From assembly GCF_963921235.1 (NCBI RefSeq), contig NC_086097.1, positions 169,262,001-169,326,000 on the forward strand: a stretch of DNA of 64,000 bases, in the 5' to 3' direction. The translations under genes were made by a program, and so were the position numbers. The first letter of the stretch is position 1. Every line of letters begins with the position of its first letter. The DNA is from Mobula hypostoma (Eukaryota). Shown in pieces: positions 47,473 to 60,932 of the stretch. Below the pieces are notes generated by a model that saw only the letters and a program-made list of their open reading frames with translations, had not been told where the DNA came from and did no database searches.

Positions 47473-50400
47473 TTGCAGGGGGATGGGAACCACAGTACCA
47501 GAGCTGACAGTGTGGCTGGGGTGAAAATAAATGATGTTAAAAGTTCAAGCAAATCCACTAATAGAAAGGTTGTGAGTGGTGGTAAAAATCTTCTGAGGTG
47601 TATATATTTCAATGCTAGGAGTATTGTGGGGAAGGCGGATGAGTTGAGGGTGTGGATTGACACGTGGAATTATGACGTTGTAGCAATTAGTGAAACTTGG
47701 CTACAGGAGGGGCAGGACTAGCAGCTTAATATTCCAGGGTTCCGATGTTTCAGATGTGATCGAGGCAGAGGAATGAAAGGTGGGGGAGTGGCATTGCTTG
47801 TTAGGGAAAATATTACAGTAGTGCTCAGGCAGGACAGATTAGAGGGCTTGTCTACTGAGTCCTTGTGGGTGGAGCTGAGAAACAGGAAAGGTATGGCCAC
47901 ATTAGTGGAATTGTATTACAGACCACCCAATAGTCAAAGAGAATCAGAAGTGCAAATCTGCAGAGAGATAGCAGGCAACTGCAGGAAACATAAAGTTGTG
48001 GTGGTAGGGGATTTTAATTTTCCATATATTGATTGGGTCTCCCATACTGTTAGAGGTCTAGATGGTTTAGAGTTTGTAAAATGTGTTCAGGAAAGTTTTC
48101 TAAATCAATATATAGAGGGACCAACTAGAGGGGATGCAATATTGGATCTCCTGATAGGAAATGAATTAGGACAACTGACAGAAGTCTGTGTAGGGGAGCA
48201 CTTTGGTTCCAGTGATCATAACACCATTAGTTTCAACTTGATCATGGACAAGGATAGATCTGGTCCTAGGGTTGAGGTTCTTAACTGGAAGAAGGCCAAA
48301 TTTGAAGAAATGAGAAAGGATCTAAAAAGCGTGGAATGGGACAGGTTGTTCTCTGGCATGGATGTGATCGGTAGGTGGGAAGCCTTCAAAGCAGAAATTT
48401 TGAGAGTGCAGAATTTCTATGTCCCTGTCAGGATTAAAGGCAAGGTGAATAGGAATAAGGAACCTTGGTTCTCAAGGGATATTGCAACTCTGATAAAGAA
48501 GAAGAGGGAGTTGTATGACGTGTATAGGAAGCAGGGAGTAAATAAGGTGCTTGAGGAGTATAAGAAGTGCAAAAAAATACTTAAGAAAGAAATCAGGAGG
48601 GCTAAAAGACATGAGGTTGCCTTGGCAGTCAAAGTGAAGGATAATCCAAAGAGCTTTTACAGGTATATTAAGAGAAAAAGGATTGTAAAGGATAAAGTTG
48701 GTCCTCTTGAAGATCAGAGTGGTCGGCTATGTGCGGAACCAAAGGAAATGGGGGAGATCTTAAATAGGTTTTTTGCCTCTGTGTTTACTCAGGAAACTGG
48801 CATGAAGTCTATGGAATTAAGGGAAACAAGTAGTGAGATCATGGAAACTGGAGGAGGTGCTTGCTGTCTTGAGGAAAATTAAAGTGGATAAATCCCCGGG
48901 ACCTGACAGGGTGTTCCCTTGGACCTTGAAGGAGACTAGTGTTGAAATTGCAGGGGCCCTGGCTGAAATATTTAAAATGTCGCTGTCTACAGGTGAGGTG
49001 CTGGAGGATTGGACAGTGGCTCATGTTGTTCCGTTGTTTAAAAAAGGATCGAAAAGTAATCCGGGAATAGGCCAGTAAGTTTAACGTCGGTAGTAGGTAA
49101 GTTATTGGAGGGAGTACTAAGAGACAGAATCTACAAGCATTTGGATAGACTGGGACTTATTAGGGAGAGTCAACATGGCTTTGTGCGTGGGAGGTCATGT
49201 TTGACCAATCTACTGGAGTTTTTCGAGGAGGTTACCAGGAAAGTGGATGAAGGGAAGGCAGTGGATATTGTCTACATGGACTTCAGTAAGGCCTTTGACA
49301 AGGTCCCGCATGGGAGGTTAGTTAGGAAAATTCAGTCGCTAGGTATACATGGAGAGGTGGTAAATTGGATTAGACATTGGCTCGATGGAAGAAGCCAGAG
49401 AGTGGTGGTAGAGAATTGCTTCTCTGAGTGGAGGCCTGTGACTAGTGGTGTGCCACAGGGATCAGTGCTGGGTCCATTGTTATTTGTCATCTATATCAAT
49501 GATCTGGATGATAATGTGGTAAATTGGATCAGCAAGTTTGCTGATGATACAAAGATTGGAGGTGTAGTAGACAGTGAGGAAGGTTTTCAGAGCCTGCAGA
49601 GGGACTTGGACCAGCTGGAAAAATGGGCTGAAAAATGGCAGATGGAGTTTAATACTGACAAGTGTGAGGTATGCACGTTGGAAGGACAAACCAACGTAGA
49701 ACATACAGGGTTAATGGTAAGGCACCGAGGAGTGCAGTGGAACAGAGGGATCTGGGAATACAGATACAAAATTCCCTAAAAGTGTCGTCACAGGTAGATA
49801 GGGTTGTAAAGAGAGCTTTTGGTACATTGGCCTTTATTAATCAAAGTATTGAGTATAAGAGCTGGAATGTTATGATGAGGTTGTATAAGGCATTGGTGAG
49901 GCCGAATCTGGAGTATTGTGTTCAGTTTTGGTCACCAAATTACAGGAAGGATATAAATAAGGTTGAAAGAGTGCAGAGAAGGTTTACAAGGATGTTGCCA
50001 GCACTTGAGAAACTCAGTTACAGAGAAAGGTTGAATAGGTTGGGACTTTATTCCCTGGAGCGTAGAAGAATGAGGGGAGATTTGATAGAGGTATATAAAA
50101 TCATAGATAGAGTGAATGCAAGCAGGCTTTTTCCACTGAGGCAAAGGGAGAAAAAAACCAGAGGACATGGGTTTAGGGTGAGGGGCGAGAAGTTTAAAGG
50201 GAACATTGGGGGGGGGGCTTCTTCACACAGAGAGTGGTGGGAGTATGGAATGAGCTGCCAGACGAGGTGGTAAATGCGGGTTCTTTTTTAACATTTAAGA
50301 ATAAATTGGACAGATACATGGATGGGAGGTGTATGGAGGGATATGGTCCGTGTGCAGGTCAGTGGGACTAGGCAGAAAATGGTTCGGCACAGCCAAGAAG
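47473..50400 (+). pseudogene. CR1 ORF2 (APE endonuclease plus reverse transcriptase), disrupted
   Basis: [42 protein letters not shown]; split across ORFs 47473..47721, 47773..48882, 48833..49078, 49105..49779, 49671..50273. Confidence 0.9.
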
Positions 50401-51464
50401 GGCCAAAAGGCCTGTTTCTGTGCTGTAGTTTCTATGGTTTCTATGTTGAGGAAGAACAGAGGCTGCAGAAGGTCTTGGATAGATTAGGAAAATGGACTAA
50501 GTAGTGGCTAATGGAATAGTGTCGGGAAGTACACGGTCATACACTTTGGTAGATGGAATAAAAGCATAGACTATTTTCTTAATAGGGTGAAAATTCAAAA
50601 ATCCAACATGCAAAGGGACTTGGGAGTCATCGTGCAGGATTCCTTAAAGGTTAATTTACAGGTTGAGTCGGTGGTGAGGAAGACAAATCCATGTTAGCAT
50701 TCATTTCAAGAGGACTGGAATATAAAAGCAAGGATGTAATGCTGAGGGTTTAAGGCACTAGTGAGGTCTCATTTGGAGTACTGCGAGCAGTTTCTTATTT
50801 AAGAAAGGACGTACTGACATTGGAGGGGTTTCAGAAAAGGTTCACGAGAATGATTCTGGGAATGAAAGTCTCATCGTATGAAGAGCGATTGAAGGCTCTG
50901 GGCCTTTACTTACTGGAATTTAAAAGAATGAGGGGTGGGGAGGGCAAGAATCTCACTGAAACCTCTCGAATGGTGCAAGGCATAGATAGGGTGGATGTGG
51001 AGAGGATATTTCCTATATTGCGTGAGTTTAGGACCAAAGTATATTGCCTCATCAGAATAGATGCTTTAGAATGGAGATAAGAAGGAATTTGTTTAGCCAG
51101 AGAGTGGTGAACCATGGAATTCATTGCCACAGGCAGCTGTGGAGGCCAGGTCATTGGGTATTTAAGGCCAGGGTTGATACGTTCTTGATTAGTCAACCTG
51201 TGAAAGGTTACGGGGAGAAGGTTGAGAAGAATGAGGCTGAGGGGGAAATGGATCAGCCATGATGAAATAGTGGAGCAGACTCGATGGGCCAAACAGCCTA
51301 GTTCAGCTCCTCTGTCTTATGGTCAAAAACACTAAATTTCTTGTGCAAGCCCACATCTCTCTTTTTACCTGGGTTAAATTGCATGTCATGCAAAATTATA
51401 CACTCACATACCCAAATGGATTGCACTCTTCATTTCAAAAACAGAAGCCTTCATTTTTGCTTAC

Positions 51465-51584
51465 CACACCATGAAGCTGAAACTGAATCTTGTTCTTTAC
51501 ATGTGGCTCTGCAACCAGACGATATTCCAGATCCCAAAATTGTGCATAATCCCCCTTATCTCGAGGCATAAAAGAGACAGGCAA
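51465..51584 (-). CDS. CEP192: CEP192 coding exon (120 nt)
   Basis: tcttctag|LPVSFMPRDKGDYAQFWDLEYRLVAEPHVKNKIQFQLHGV|gtaagc; GDYAQFWD motif matches recalled CEP192. Confidence 0.95.
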
Positions 51585-52002
51585 CTAGAAGAGATCACAA
51601 AGTAACTTCATTAAGCACAATAATTAATACTACTTCTTTGAGTTTGAGCAATTTCAAAATTTTAGGAATACAATTCAAGTCCAAATGTTTTGAGAATGCA
51701 GCTGATCTCATGCTCTGACCTTCAGGATCAGACTCCTAAAGAGAACCTTGACAGAGGCTTTAAGGAAATCCACAGACGACATTAACCGCAATTCCCTTCA
51801 CTGATGAGAGCAGTGGGTATCTATGCAGAGTTAAGCAAGGCTTTTGACAAGGTCCCAATACAATTTCTGGCCCAATTTGCCAACCATGTCTATCCAAATA
51901 CTTGTATATCTGGTCCCTTAGAATACCTTACAATAATTTCCCTGCTACTGATGTCAGGCTCACGGGCCAAAAGTTTCCTAGTTTATTTTTAGAGCCTTTC
52001 TT

Positions 52003-55000
52003 AAACATAGAAAACTTAGAAAAACTACAGCACAATACAGGCTGTTCGGCCCACAATGCTGTGCCGAACATGTATTTACTTTAGAAATTACCCTGGGGTT
52101 ATCCATAACTCTATTTTTCTAAGCTCCATGTACCTATCCAGGAGTCTCTTAAAAGACCCTATTGTATCTGCCTCCACCACCATCGCCAGCAGCCCATTCC
52201 ATGCACTCACCACTCTGTGTAAAAAAACTTACCCCTGTCATCTCTTCTGTACCTACTTCCAAGCACCTTAAAACTATGCCCTCTTGTGACATCCATTTCA
52301 GCCCTGGGAAAAAGCCTCTGACTATCCACATGATCAGTGCATCTCATCATCCGTCGCTCCAGGGAGAAAAGGCCAAGTTCACTCAACCTATTCTCGTAAG
52401 GCATGCTCCCCAATCGAGGCAACATCCTTGTAAATCTCCTCTGCACCCTTTCTATAGCTTCCAAATTCTTCCTGTAGTGAGGTGACCAGAACTGAGTGGG
52501 GTCTAACCAAGGTCCTATATAGCTGTAACATTACCTCTTGGCTCTTAAACTCAATCCCACAGTTGATGAAGGCCAATGCACCATATGCCTTCTTAACCAG
52601 AGTCAACCTGTGTAGCAGCCTTGAGTGTCCTATGGACTTGGACCCCAAGATCCTTCTGATCCTCCACACTGGCAAGTGTCTTACCATTAATACCATATTC
52701 TGCCATCATATTTGACCTACCAAAATGAACCACCTCACACTTATCTGGGTTGAACTCCATCTGCCACTTCTTAGCCCAGTTTTGCATCCTATCAATGTCC
52801 TGCTGTAACTTCTGACAGCCCTCCACACTATCCACAACACCCCCAACCTTTGTATCATCAGCAGATTTAATAACCCATCCCTCCACTTCCTCATCGAAGT
52901 CATTTATAAAAATCACGATGAGTAGGGGTCCCAGAACAGATCCCGAGGCACACCACACTGGTCACCGACCTCCACGCAGAATATGATCTGTCTACAACCA
53001 CACTTTGCCTTCTGTGTGCAGGTTCTGGATCCACAAAGCAAGATCCCCTTGGATCCCATGCCTCCTTACTTTGTCAATAAGCTCTGCATGGGGTACCTTT
53101 ATCAAATGCCTTGCTGAAATCCATATACACTACATCTACTGCTCTTCCTTCAATGCATTTAGTCACATCCTCAAAAAATTTAATCAGGCTTGTAAGGCAT
53201 GACCTGCCTTTGACAAAGTCATGCTGACTATTCCTAATCATATTACACCTTTCCAAATGTTCATAAATCCTGCCTCTCAGGATCTTCTCCATCAACTTAG
53301 CAACCACTGAAATAAGACTCACTGGTCTATAATTTCCTGGGCTATCTCTACTCCCTTTCTTGAAAAAGAGAACAAAACATGCAACCCTCCAATCCTCTGG
53401 AACCTCTCCCGTCCTCATTGATGATGCAAAGATCATTGCCAGAGGCTCAGCAATCTCCTCCTTCGCTTCCCACAGTAGCCTGGGGTACATCTCGTTCGGT
53501 CCCGGAGCTTTATCTAACTTGATGCTTTCCAAAAGCTCCGGCACATCCTCTTTCTTAATGTCTATATGCTCAAGCTTTTCAATCTGCTAAGTCATCCCAA
53601 CAATCACCAAGATCCTTTTCCGTAGTGAATACTGGAGTAAAGTATTCATTAAGTCCCTCAACTATCTCCTCCAGTTCCATACACACTTTTCCACTGTCAC
53701 ACTTGATTGGTTCTATTCTCTCACGTCTTATCCTCTTGCTCTTCACATACTTGTAGAATGCCTTGGGGTTTTCCTTAATCCTGCCCGCCAAGGCCTTCTC
53801 ATGGCCCCTTCTGGCTTTCCTAATTTCACTGCTAAGCTCTTTCCTGCTAGCTTTATAATCTTCTAGATCTCTATCATTACCTAGTTTTTTTTTAAACCTT
53901 TTGTAAGCTTTTCTTCTTGACGAGATCTTCAACAGCCTTTGTACACCACGGTTCCTGTACCCTACCATCCCTTCCATCTCATTGGAACGTACCTATGTAG
54001 AACGCCACACAAATATCCCCTGAACATTTGCCACATTTCTGCCGTACATATCCCTGAGAATGTGTTTCCAATTTTTGCTTCCAAGTTCCTACCTGATCGC
54101 TTTATATTTCCCCTCACTCCAGTTAAACACTTTCCTAACTTGTCTGTTCCTATCCCTCTCCAATGTTATGGTAAAGGAAATAGAATTGTGATCACTATCG
54201 CCAAAATGCTCTCCCACTGAGAGATCTGACACCTGACCAGGTTCATTTCCCAATACCAGATCAAGTACAGTCTCTCCTCTTGTAGGCTTATCTACATAAT
54301 GTGCCAGGAAACCTTCCTGAACACACCTAACAAACAACACCCCATCTAAACCCCTTGCTCTAGGGAGATGGCAATCAATATTTTGGAAGTTAAAATCTCC
54401 CAACACGACAACCCTGTTATTATTACACCTTTCCAGAATCTGTCTCCCTATCTGTTCCTCGATGTCCCTGTTACTATTGGGTGGTCTATAAAAAACACCC
54501 AATAGAGTTATTGACCCCTTCCTGTTCCTAACTTCCACCCACAGAGACTCAGTAGACAATCCCTCCATGACTTCCTCCTTTTCTACAGCCGTAACACTAT
54601 CTCTGATCAGTAGTGCCACACCCTCACCTCTTTTGCCTCCTTCCCTGTCCCTTCTGAAACATCTAAAGCCTGGCACTCTATGTAACTGTTCCTGCCCCTG
54701 AGCCATCCAAGTCTCTGTAATGGCCACAACATCATAGCTCCAAGTACTGATCCACGCTCTCAGCTCATCTGCTTTGTTTATGATGCTTCTTGCATTAAAA
54801 TAGACACATCTCAAACCATCGGTCTGAGTGTACCCCTTCTCTATCACCTGCCTATCCTCCCTCTCACACTGTCTACAAGCTTTCTCTATTTGTGAGCCAA
54901 CCCGCCCCTTCCTCTGTCTCTTCAGTTCGGTTCCCACCCTCCTGCAATTCCAGCTTAAACTCTCCCTAAGAGCCTTAGCAAATCTCCCTGCCAGGATATT

Positions 55001-55525
55001 GGCCCCCCCTTGGATTCAAGTGCAACCTGTCCTTTTTGTACAGGTCACGCCTGTCCCAAAAGAGGTCCCAATGATCCAGAAATCTGAATCCCTGCTCCCT
55101 GCTCCAATCCCTCAGCCACGCATTTATCCTACACCTCACTCTATTCCTATTTGACTGCTACTTTTGTCCCTTATTTGGGAGTGAGAAAGTTGGCAACCCT
55201 ACTTGAACAACCCCTCCCCCACCCCACCCCCGGTCGGCCGGTCCGCAAGGATATTGTCAATATTAAACCAGTCTGTGGTGCAAAAAAGGTTGGGGACCCC
55301 TGTCCTATACTCACTGTGGTGTGGTACAGGCAGTAATCCCGAGATTACTACCTTTGAGGTCCTGCTTCTCAACTTCCTTCCTAACTCCCTGTAGTCTGTT
55401 TTCAGGACCTCCTCCCTTTTCCTACCGATGTCATTTGTACCAATATGTACCACGACCTCTGGCTGTTCAACTTCCCACTTAAGGATATCATGGATGTGAT
55501 CAGAAACATCCTGTTCAAAAACATC
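52003..55525 (-). mobile_element. CR1 LINE, ORF1 3' half through 3' tail, sense to CEP192
   Basis: HIGTNDIG (55199..55555); 282-aa APE ORF 54089..54937; RT ORFs 53074..53544 and 52593..52958; tail aaacatagaaaacttagaaaa at ~52003-52025. Confidence 0.9.
55151..55302. mobile_element. hAT (Charlie-like) terminal fragment inserted in CR1 ORF1
   Basis: Ends aaaaaggttggggacccctg (= CAGGGGTCCCCAACC TIR); flanked by TCCTAT on both sides; the other terminus is missing. Confidence 0.65.
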
Positions 55526-58044
55526 AGGAACAGCAGAACGTTGACTATCCTCCAATTCTCTAGCACCTTACCTATTGCTAAGTTTGATTTAAATATCTCA
55601 GCTAGAGCTCCGGCAATTTCTGTACTTGCCTTCCGTAGTGTCCAAGGAACACCTTGTCAGGCCCTGGGGATTTACCCACCCTAATTTTCCTCAAGACAGC
55701 AAACACCTTCTCCTCTGTAATCTGTATACAGTTCATGAAGTTGACAACGCTTTGCCTTATTTCGATAGACTGTGTCCATCTCCTGAGTAAATACAGATGA
55801 AAAAAATATAAGATCTTCGTCATCTCTTTTGGCTCCACACATGGATTGCCAGTCTGATCTTTCAGAGGATCAACTTTGTCCCTTGCAATCCTTTTGCTCT
55901 TAACATATCTGTAGATTTCCTGAGGATTCTCCTTCACCTTATCTACCAAGGCAACCTCTGGCCTTCTTTTAGCCCTCCTGATTTCTTTGTGTTCTCTTGC
56001 ATTTCTTATACTCCATAAACACCTCATTTGTTCCTACCTGCCTATAGCTGCAATGCACTTTTTTTAAAAACCAGTGCCACTATCTCTCGAAAGCCAAGAT
56101 AGCTGAACCTATTATCTTTACCTTTTATTCTGACAGGAACATACGTCTCAAAATTTCACCTTTGAAAGCCTCCCACTTACCAAGTACACCTTTGCGAGTA
56201 AACAGCCTGTCGCAATCCATACTTGCCAGATCCTTTCTGATAATATCAAAATTGGCCTTTCTCCAATTTAGAATCACAACCTGTGGACCAGACCTTCTTT
56301 CTGCATATTTACTTTGGATCTAGTGATCATAATGCCATTAATTTCAAAGTGTTCCCCTGCACAAACTTCTGTAACCTGACCTGTGTTGTTCCCTAACAGC
56401 AGATCCAGTATTGCACTCTTTCTCATTGGGATGCACTGATTAAGAAAACTCTGTCAAACTCTAACCCATCTCGTCCTTTTACAGTATCGTAGTCCCAGTC
56501 AATACGTGTAAAGTTAAAATCACTAGCTATAAAAACCTTATGTTTCTTGCAACGGTCTTCCATCTCTCGACAAATTTGTTCCTTTAAATTCCTCGGACTG
56601 TTAGGTAGTCTGTAATTAAGCCCCATTAACGATCAATAAAGTAAGACTATGACTAACATGGTCATACCTTTCTTATTATTCAGTTCCACCCATAACACCT
56701 CACTAGACAAGTTCTCCAGTCTGTCCTGACTGAGCACTGCCATGTCATTTTCCCTTATTAGTAATGCCACCCTTCCTCCTTTGATCTCTCCCGCTCTGTC
56801 GCATCTAAAACAATGGAACCCTGGAATATTGAGCTGCCAGTTACGCCCCTCCTGCAACCAAGTCTCACTACTGGCTACAATATCATAATTCTAGATGTTG
56901 ATCCATGCCACGAGCTCATCTGGCTTTCCTACAATACTTCTTGCATTGAAATATATGCAGCTCAGGACATCAGTTGCACTATGCTCAAGAATTTTTATAA
57001 CCAAAGGATACTTGGATTTTCTTGATGGGTGGTGGGACTGAACCTCTCACAGTATTCAAGTACCTCACTGAGTACTTGCATTATCAAGGCATAGAAGCTA
57101 CAGGCCAAGTGCTGGAAGATGGGATTAATCATAGATTGGTACTCCAATCACAAACAAGAGAAAATTTGCAGATGCTGGAAATCCAAGCAACGCACATAAA
57201 ATGCTTGAGGAATTGAGCAGGCCAGACAGCAACTGCGGAAAAGAATACAGTCGACCTTTCGGGCTGAGACCCTTCAGCAGGAATCGTTGGATTGATTCGT
57301 ATTTAATGGTTAGATTGGACATGGAGGGTTGAAGGACCTTCTTCTCTGCTAGATGATTTTATATAAATCCCCAAAAAATTCAACATATATACAATTCAAA
57401 AAAGTTATGAAGGTGTCATCCAAGTTTCTATTTCTGGATTGTGAATTTTTGTACAGAATAATTTGAGATAAATTATAGAATAATTCTCAACAGTTAAGCC
57501 ATTCAAAACCAGTTTACTCAAGCAGCTGCAACAACCATAAAAAACTGCAGACAAATCAAATGAAATGTAAATTCAAAATATGTTTCTTTTCCATAGTCAG
57601 AAATGCACTTTTGTTGGGAAAAATCAATGTTTTGTGCCTTTGTGCTGGGAAGGTGGAGGTAGATACTAGGCCATGAGCTTTGACCATTGAACTTGTGTAC
57701 TGAAAGCCCTCTTGCAATGATGGGAGTAGGGACTTACAGAAGAATGGCCCAGCTCAAGGTATTATAAGCACAGGAACAGTTTAAAGGCAACTTAAGCACT
57801 TTCCATTTGGTAATTATATTTTTCCTACAAGTCAATCACTGCATTGTGTGTAGCTGCCAGGCATCGTATTTTGCACTTATCATTGATAAGAGAGATGTTT
57901 TGTTTTTCACCTCATCACCCTGAAATAAATTTTCATGCATTATTTGTAAACAAAATTATACTTCTTCATTCATTTCAATATGGCATGAATATAATCAAAA
58001 TCAAGTGTTTTGAGAAAAACAGTTGTACGAAAATTAGTTCTTAC

Positions 58045-58140
58045 CTGTATTGTGCTATGCCCCTGAAGTGTTCCAGACACTCTGGAGCATCGGAAGGCAG
58101 TGTAGGTTGCCCTGTATATATCTCCACTGTCATCTACCCA
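58045..58140 (-). CDS. CEP192: CEP192 coding exon (96 nt)
   Basis: ttcaacag|WVDDSGDIYRATYTAFRCSRVSGTLQGHSTIQ|gtaaga; matches recalled VDESGDVFRATYAAFRCS. Confidence 0.95.
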
Positions 58141-59087
58141 CTGTTGAATACAGCAAAAGTTGAAACACAAAAAAATAATAAATACCCTACCAATAGAGGT
58201 ATTAAAACAAGCCACTAATATAGACACAGGAGATTCGCCAAATGCCGAAAACCTTGAGCAACACACAAAGTTCCAAAGGAACCCAGCAAGTCAGGCAGTA
58301 ACTACGGAGGGGAATAAACAATCAATATCTTGGGTCGAGCCCCTTCATCAGGACACTGATATCCGAGAGGGTCAGAGTAGGAAAATACATGTTTTATTAT
58401 GCTATCACATATATTTCTATAGAAAAGAGCAACTATACATATTGGATTCAAGCTTGTTCAATGTCATTTCCTGGACACAAGTGCAAAGGAGACCGAAAGA
58501 ATTGTTACTCCGGATCCAATGCAGCACCAGAAAAACATGAAAGAACACAATGATAATAGTAATAATTTTCTAAAATGGTAATAAAACAAAAGGTTGATAA
58601 TACTCAAGATATGGAACAAATATTAATACAAAGTTGCTGAGCTTTAATATTAATGCTGATTCTCTTCACAGATGCTGCCTGATCCACTGAAATTTACAAC
58701 AATTTGTGCTTTGTTTCATACTTCCAGCATTAAAACTATTTTCTCTTTCTCTTTGAACTTATAAGCATTTAGAAAGGCAGAATAATGATACACTTGAAAA
58801 AAGATTAACATTCAATAGTTTTCAACCAATGTGCTGTTTATCTGTTCAAAGTACAGTACACTTGTTTTCTATTATACTTGCCAATTTGAAAATGATCTGG
58901 TTATTCCTGTTTTCTGTAAAGCAAATTTTTGTTCAAACTAATACATCGTTCACAACTCCCTGCTGACATGCAGTAACCTTTTCTTGTGACATCTCAGCAA
59001 ATGTATTTTTAGAAATTCAAAAACCCTACATCCACTGCATCCCCTTTGCTTCACCTGCCAATTACATCCTTCGGAAATGTTGATATA

Positions 59088-59678
59088 CATTAGATTCTGG
59101 TTAATTGGGCCACTGGTTATTCAGGACAGCTGCGTATTTGGGACAACTCAAAGAAAAAAAACTGAGCAAATAGCTGGGAATCCCTTTGTTTATTTGGGAT
59201 ACTCTGCCACTTAATTAGAACAGGAGACTGTTGCTGAACAGTTTCCAGCCAGAATCAGTTGTGTGCATTTGTGTGGCTAAATCGTGCTTAGAGTGAATAA
59301 TTTTAAAATAGTGTCATTTGCATGTGTTGTATTCAAAAAAGTTGGCGAGAAATAAGCAGCAAGAAAATTCCGAATTGTTTTGTTCCCTGCAGTTTCAAGT
59401 ATTGAGGCTTGAAGATACCAGAAACAGTCAGGAGTGAATATAATACAACTTCACAGCTTCAATAAGTACACTGGATGAATTCCTTTGTCGTTATCTATTA
59501 GGAACTAATCCAGTTTTATAGCACTATAATAGCATTCTAATTTGTTCTACACTTTATCTAAATACACAATTTGTTATTTTTAAAAAATTATTTCCATGAA
59601 ACTTTGGCTAATTGGGCAGCCACTGAATTGGGCCAAATTGTATTGGTCCCGAGTGTCCCAATTAACCAGAATCCACTG
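59088..59678. mobile_element. Tigger/pogo-like MITE (591 bp)
   Basis: TIRs CATTAGATTCTGGTTAATTGGG / CCCAATTAACCAGAATCCACTG (2 mismatches in 22); TA on both flanks (59086-59087, 59679-59680). Confidence 0.8.
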
Positions 59679-60099
59679 TACTTGTTAAAATACAACAGGT
59701 ATTTTTCCAAATTGGGTACAGTGTTCCTCCGGGGCCAAGGTGCAAAACACATTGCCAACAGCACACAACATACAGACCGGAAATTCCCTTTAGAACCATC
59801 CTGCTGAAGATCATCATTAAAGGATGAAAGATAGGAATGAATAAACACAAGGACATGGTTACAAAAAAATAACAAAGCTTGCAACATGAATCTATAACAG
59901 GCTGTGTAGTTTAAAGCTACAAAACATGCGAAGATGAAGGAGTTTAAGTCCATTGTAGATGGAAATAAAATACGTCACAACACTATTTGAATATAAGCAC
60001 AGGACCCCTTAGCCAATATTCTCATTATTTCTACCTATAGTTCTACATACAATCATCTACAGGGCTCAAGGCTTGGAAGGGAGATTAATCTGATTATTT

Positions 60100-60345
60100 G
60101 TTTAGAGATACAGCATAGTACCAGGCCCTTCTGGCCCAACAAGCCCGTGCCACCCAATTATACCCATATGATAATTAACAAAAACCTGTATGCCGTTGAA
60201 ATGTGACAGGAAACCAAGAACCTGGAGGAACATCATGTGATCACAGGAGAACGTACAAATTCTTACATACAGATGCAGAATTAACCTGGGACCCTGGCAC
60301 TGTAATAACATATTGCTAATCACTATGTTGCTGTGCCACCCCAAA
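60100..60345 (-). mobile_element. V-SINE with CR1-like 3' tail, degenerate
   Basis: Minus strand ggggtggcacagcaacatagtgattagc...tttgtacgttctcctgtga...gggccagaagggcctggtactatgctgtatctctaaa. Confidence 0.7.
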
Positions 60346-60852
60346 GAGCACCCTTTTTCCTAGCATTCGAATGCCTCTTTCTCTGTCATTAACAAGACTG
60401 CGACAGTTCAATGGGCTTTCTAACTATCAGTATAAAGTTAACCTTTAATGCAGTGGCTAGTTTTTCTTAGTTTGTGAAGGTATATACAATTGGCAATGAA
60501 TTGGGTAGTAGCTAATCTTTAAATCACAATAGTTGTAAAAATCTTGGTGAACTAAACAAATTTACAAGCCTTACGAACATTAAAATACGATTTAAGATGA
60601 ACTCTTGACACGTTATAGTCTTGTACCTTATTGTCTGGCTGCATTGCACATTCTTTGTAAGTGTAACACTATACTCTGTTATTGCTTTTCCCTCGTTCTA
60701 AATCGACACACTATTGTAACAGAGTGGATGACGTGCAAAACAGTTTTCTGTGTATCTTGGTACATGTGACAATAACAAACCAATTAAAAAATTTCATGTC
60801 CAGAAAATCACAGATGGCAACAACACACGCGAACTTTTGAAGGTAAATTTAC

Positions 60853-60932
60853 CTTTACATATGGAGGCGCAAATGATGATAAAAACCACTGTACAGTTTC
60901 TTCTCCATCATTTTCGATTTCCAACAATGATT
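60853..60932 (-). CDS. CEP192: CEP192 coding exon (80 nt)
   Basis: aaaacag|(E)SLLEIENDGEETVQWFLSSFAPPYVK|gtaaat; matches recalled LELENHG...WHLSSLAPPYVK; phase 1 in, phase 0 out. Confidence 0.93.

Larger units (their letters stand above)
46262..50442 (+). mobile_element. Relatively young, apparently full-length CR1 LINE (~4.2 kb), antisense to CEP192
   Basis: CpG-rich 5' UTR, ORF1 and ORF2 with few disruptions, (TTTCTATG)-type tail at ~50428-50445; junctions ATGTCGA / ATGTTGA resemble a TSD. Confidence 0.92.
43417..51325 (+). mobile_element. CR1 LINE (older host), split by a younger CR1 at ~46262-50442 and a mini-Penelope at 45038-45180
   Basis: ORF1 remnant VAIPLNNKYTFLDTV; LNAHSIRNK; PVSLTSVVGKML; sequence resumes at ~50443 (gttgaggaagaacagaggctgcag) and ends tcttatggtc at ~51323. 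Confidence 0.85.
51865..56990 (-). mobile_element. CR1 LINE (older host), split by another CR1 at ~52003-55525
   Basis: LNIPGFHCFRCDR (56633..56857), KSPGPDKVF (55602..56027); host sequence gagcctttcttaaac resumes as aacagcagaac at ~55529. Confidence 0.8.
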
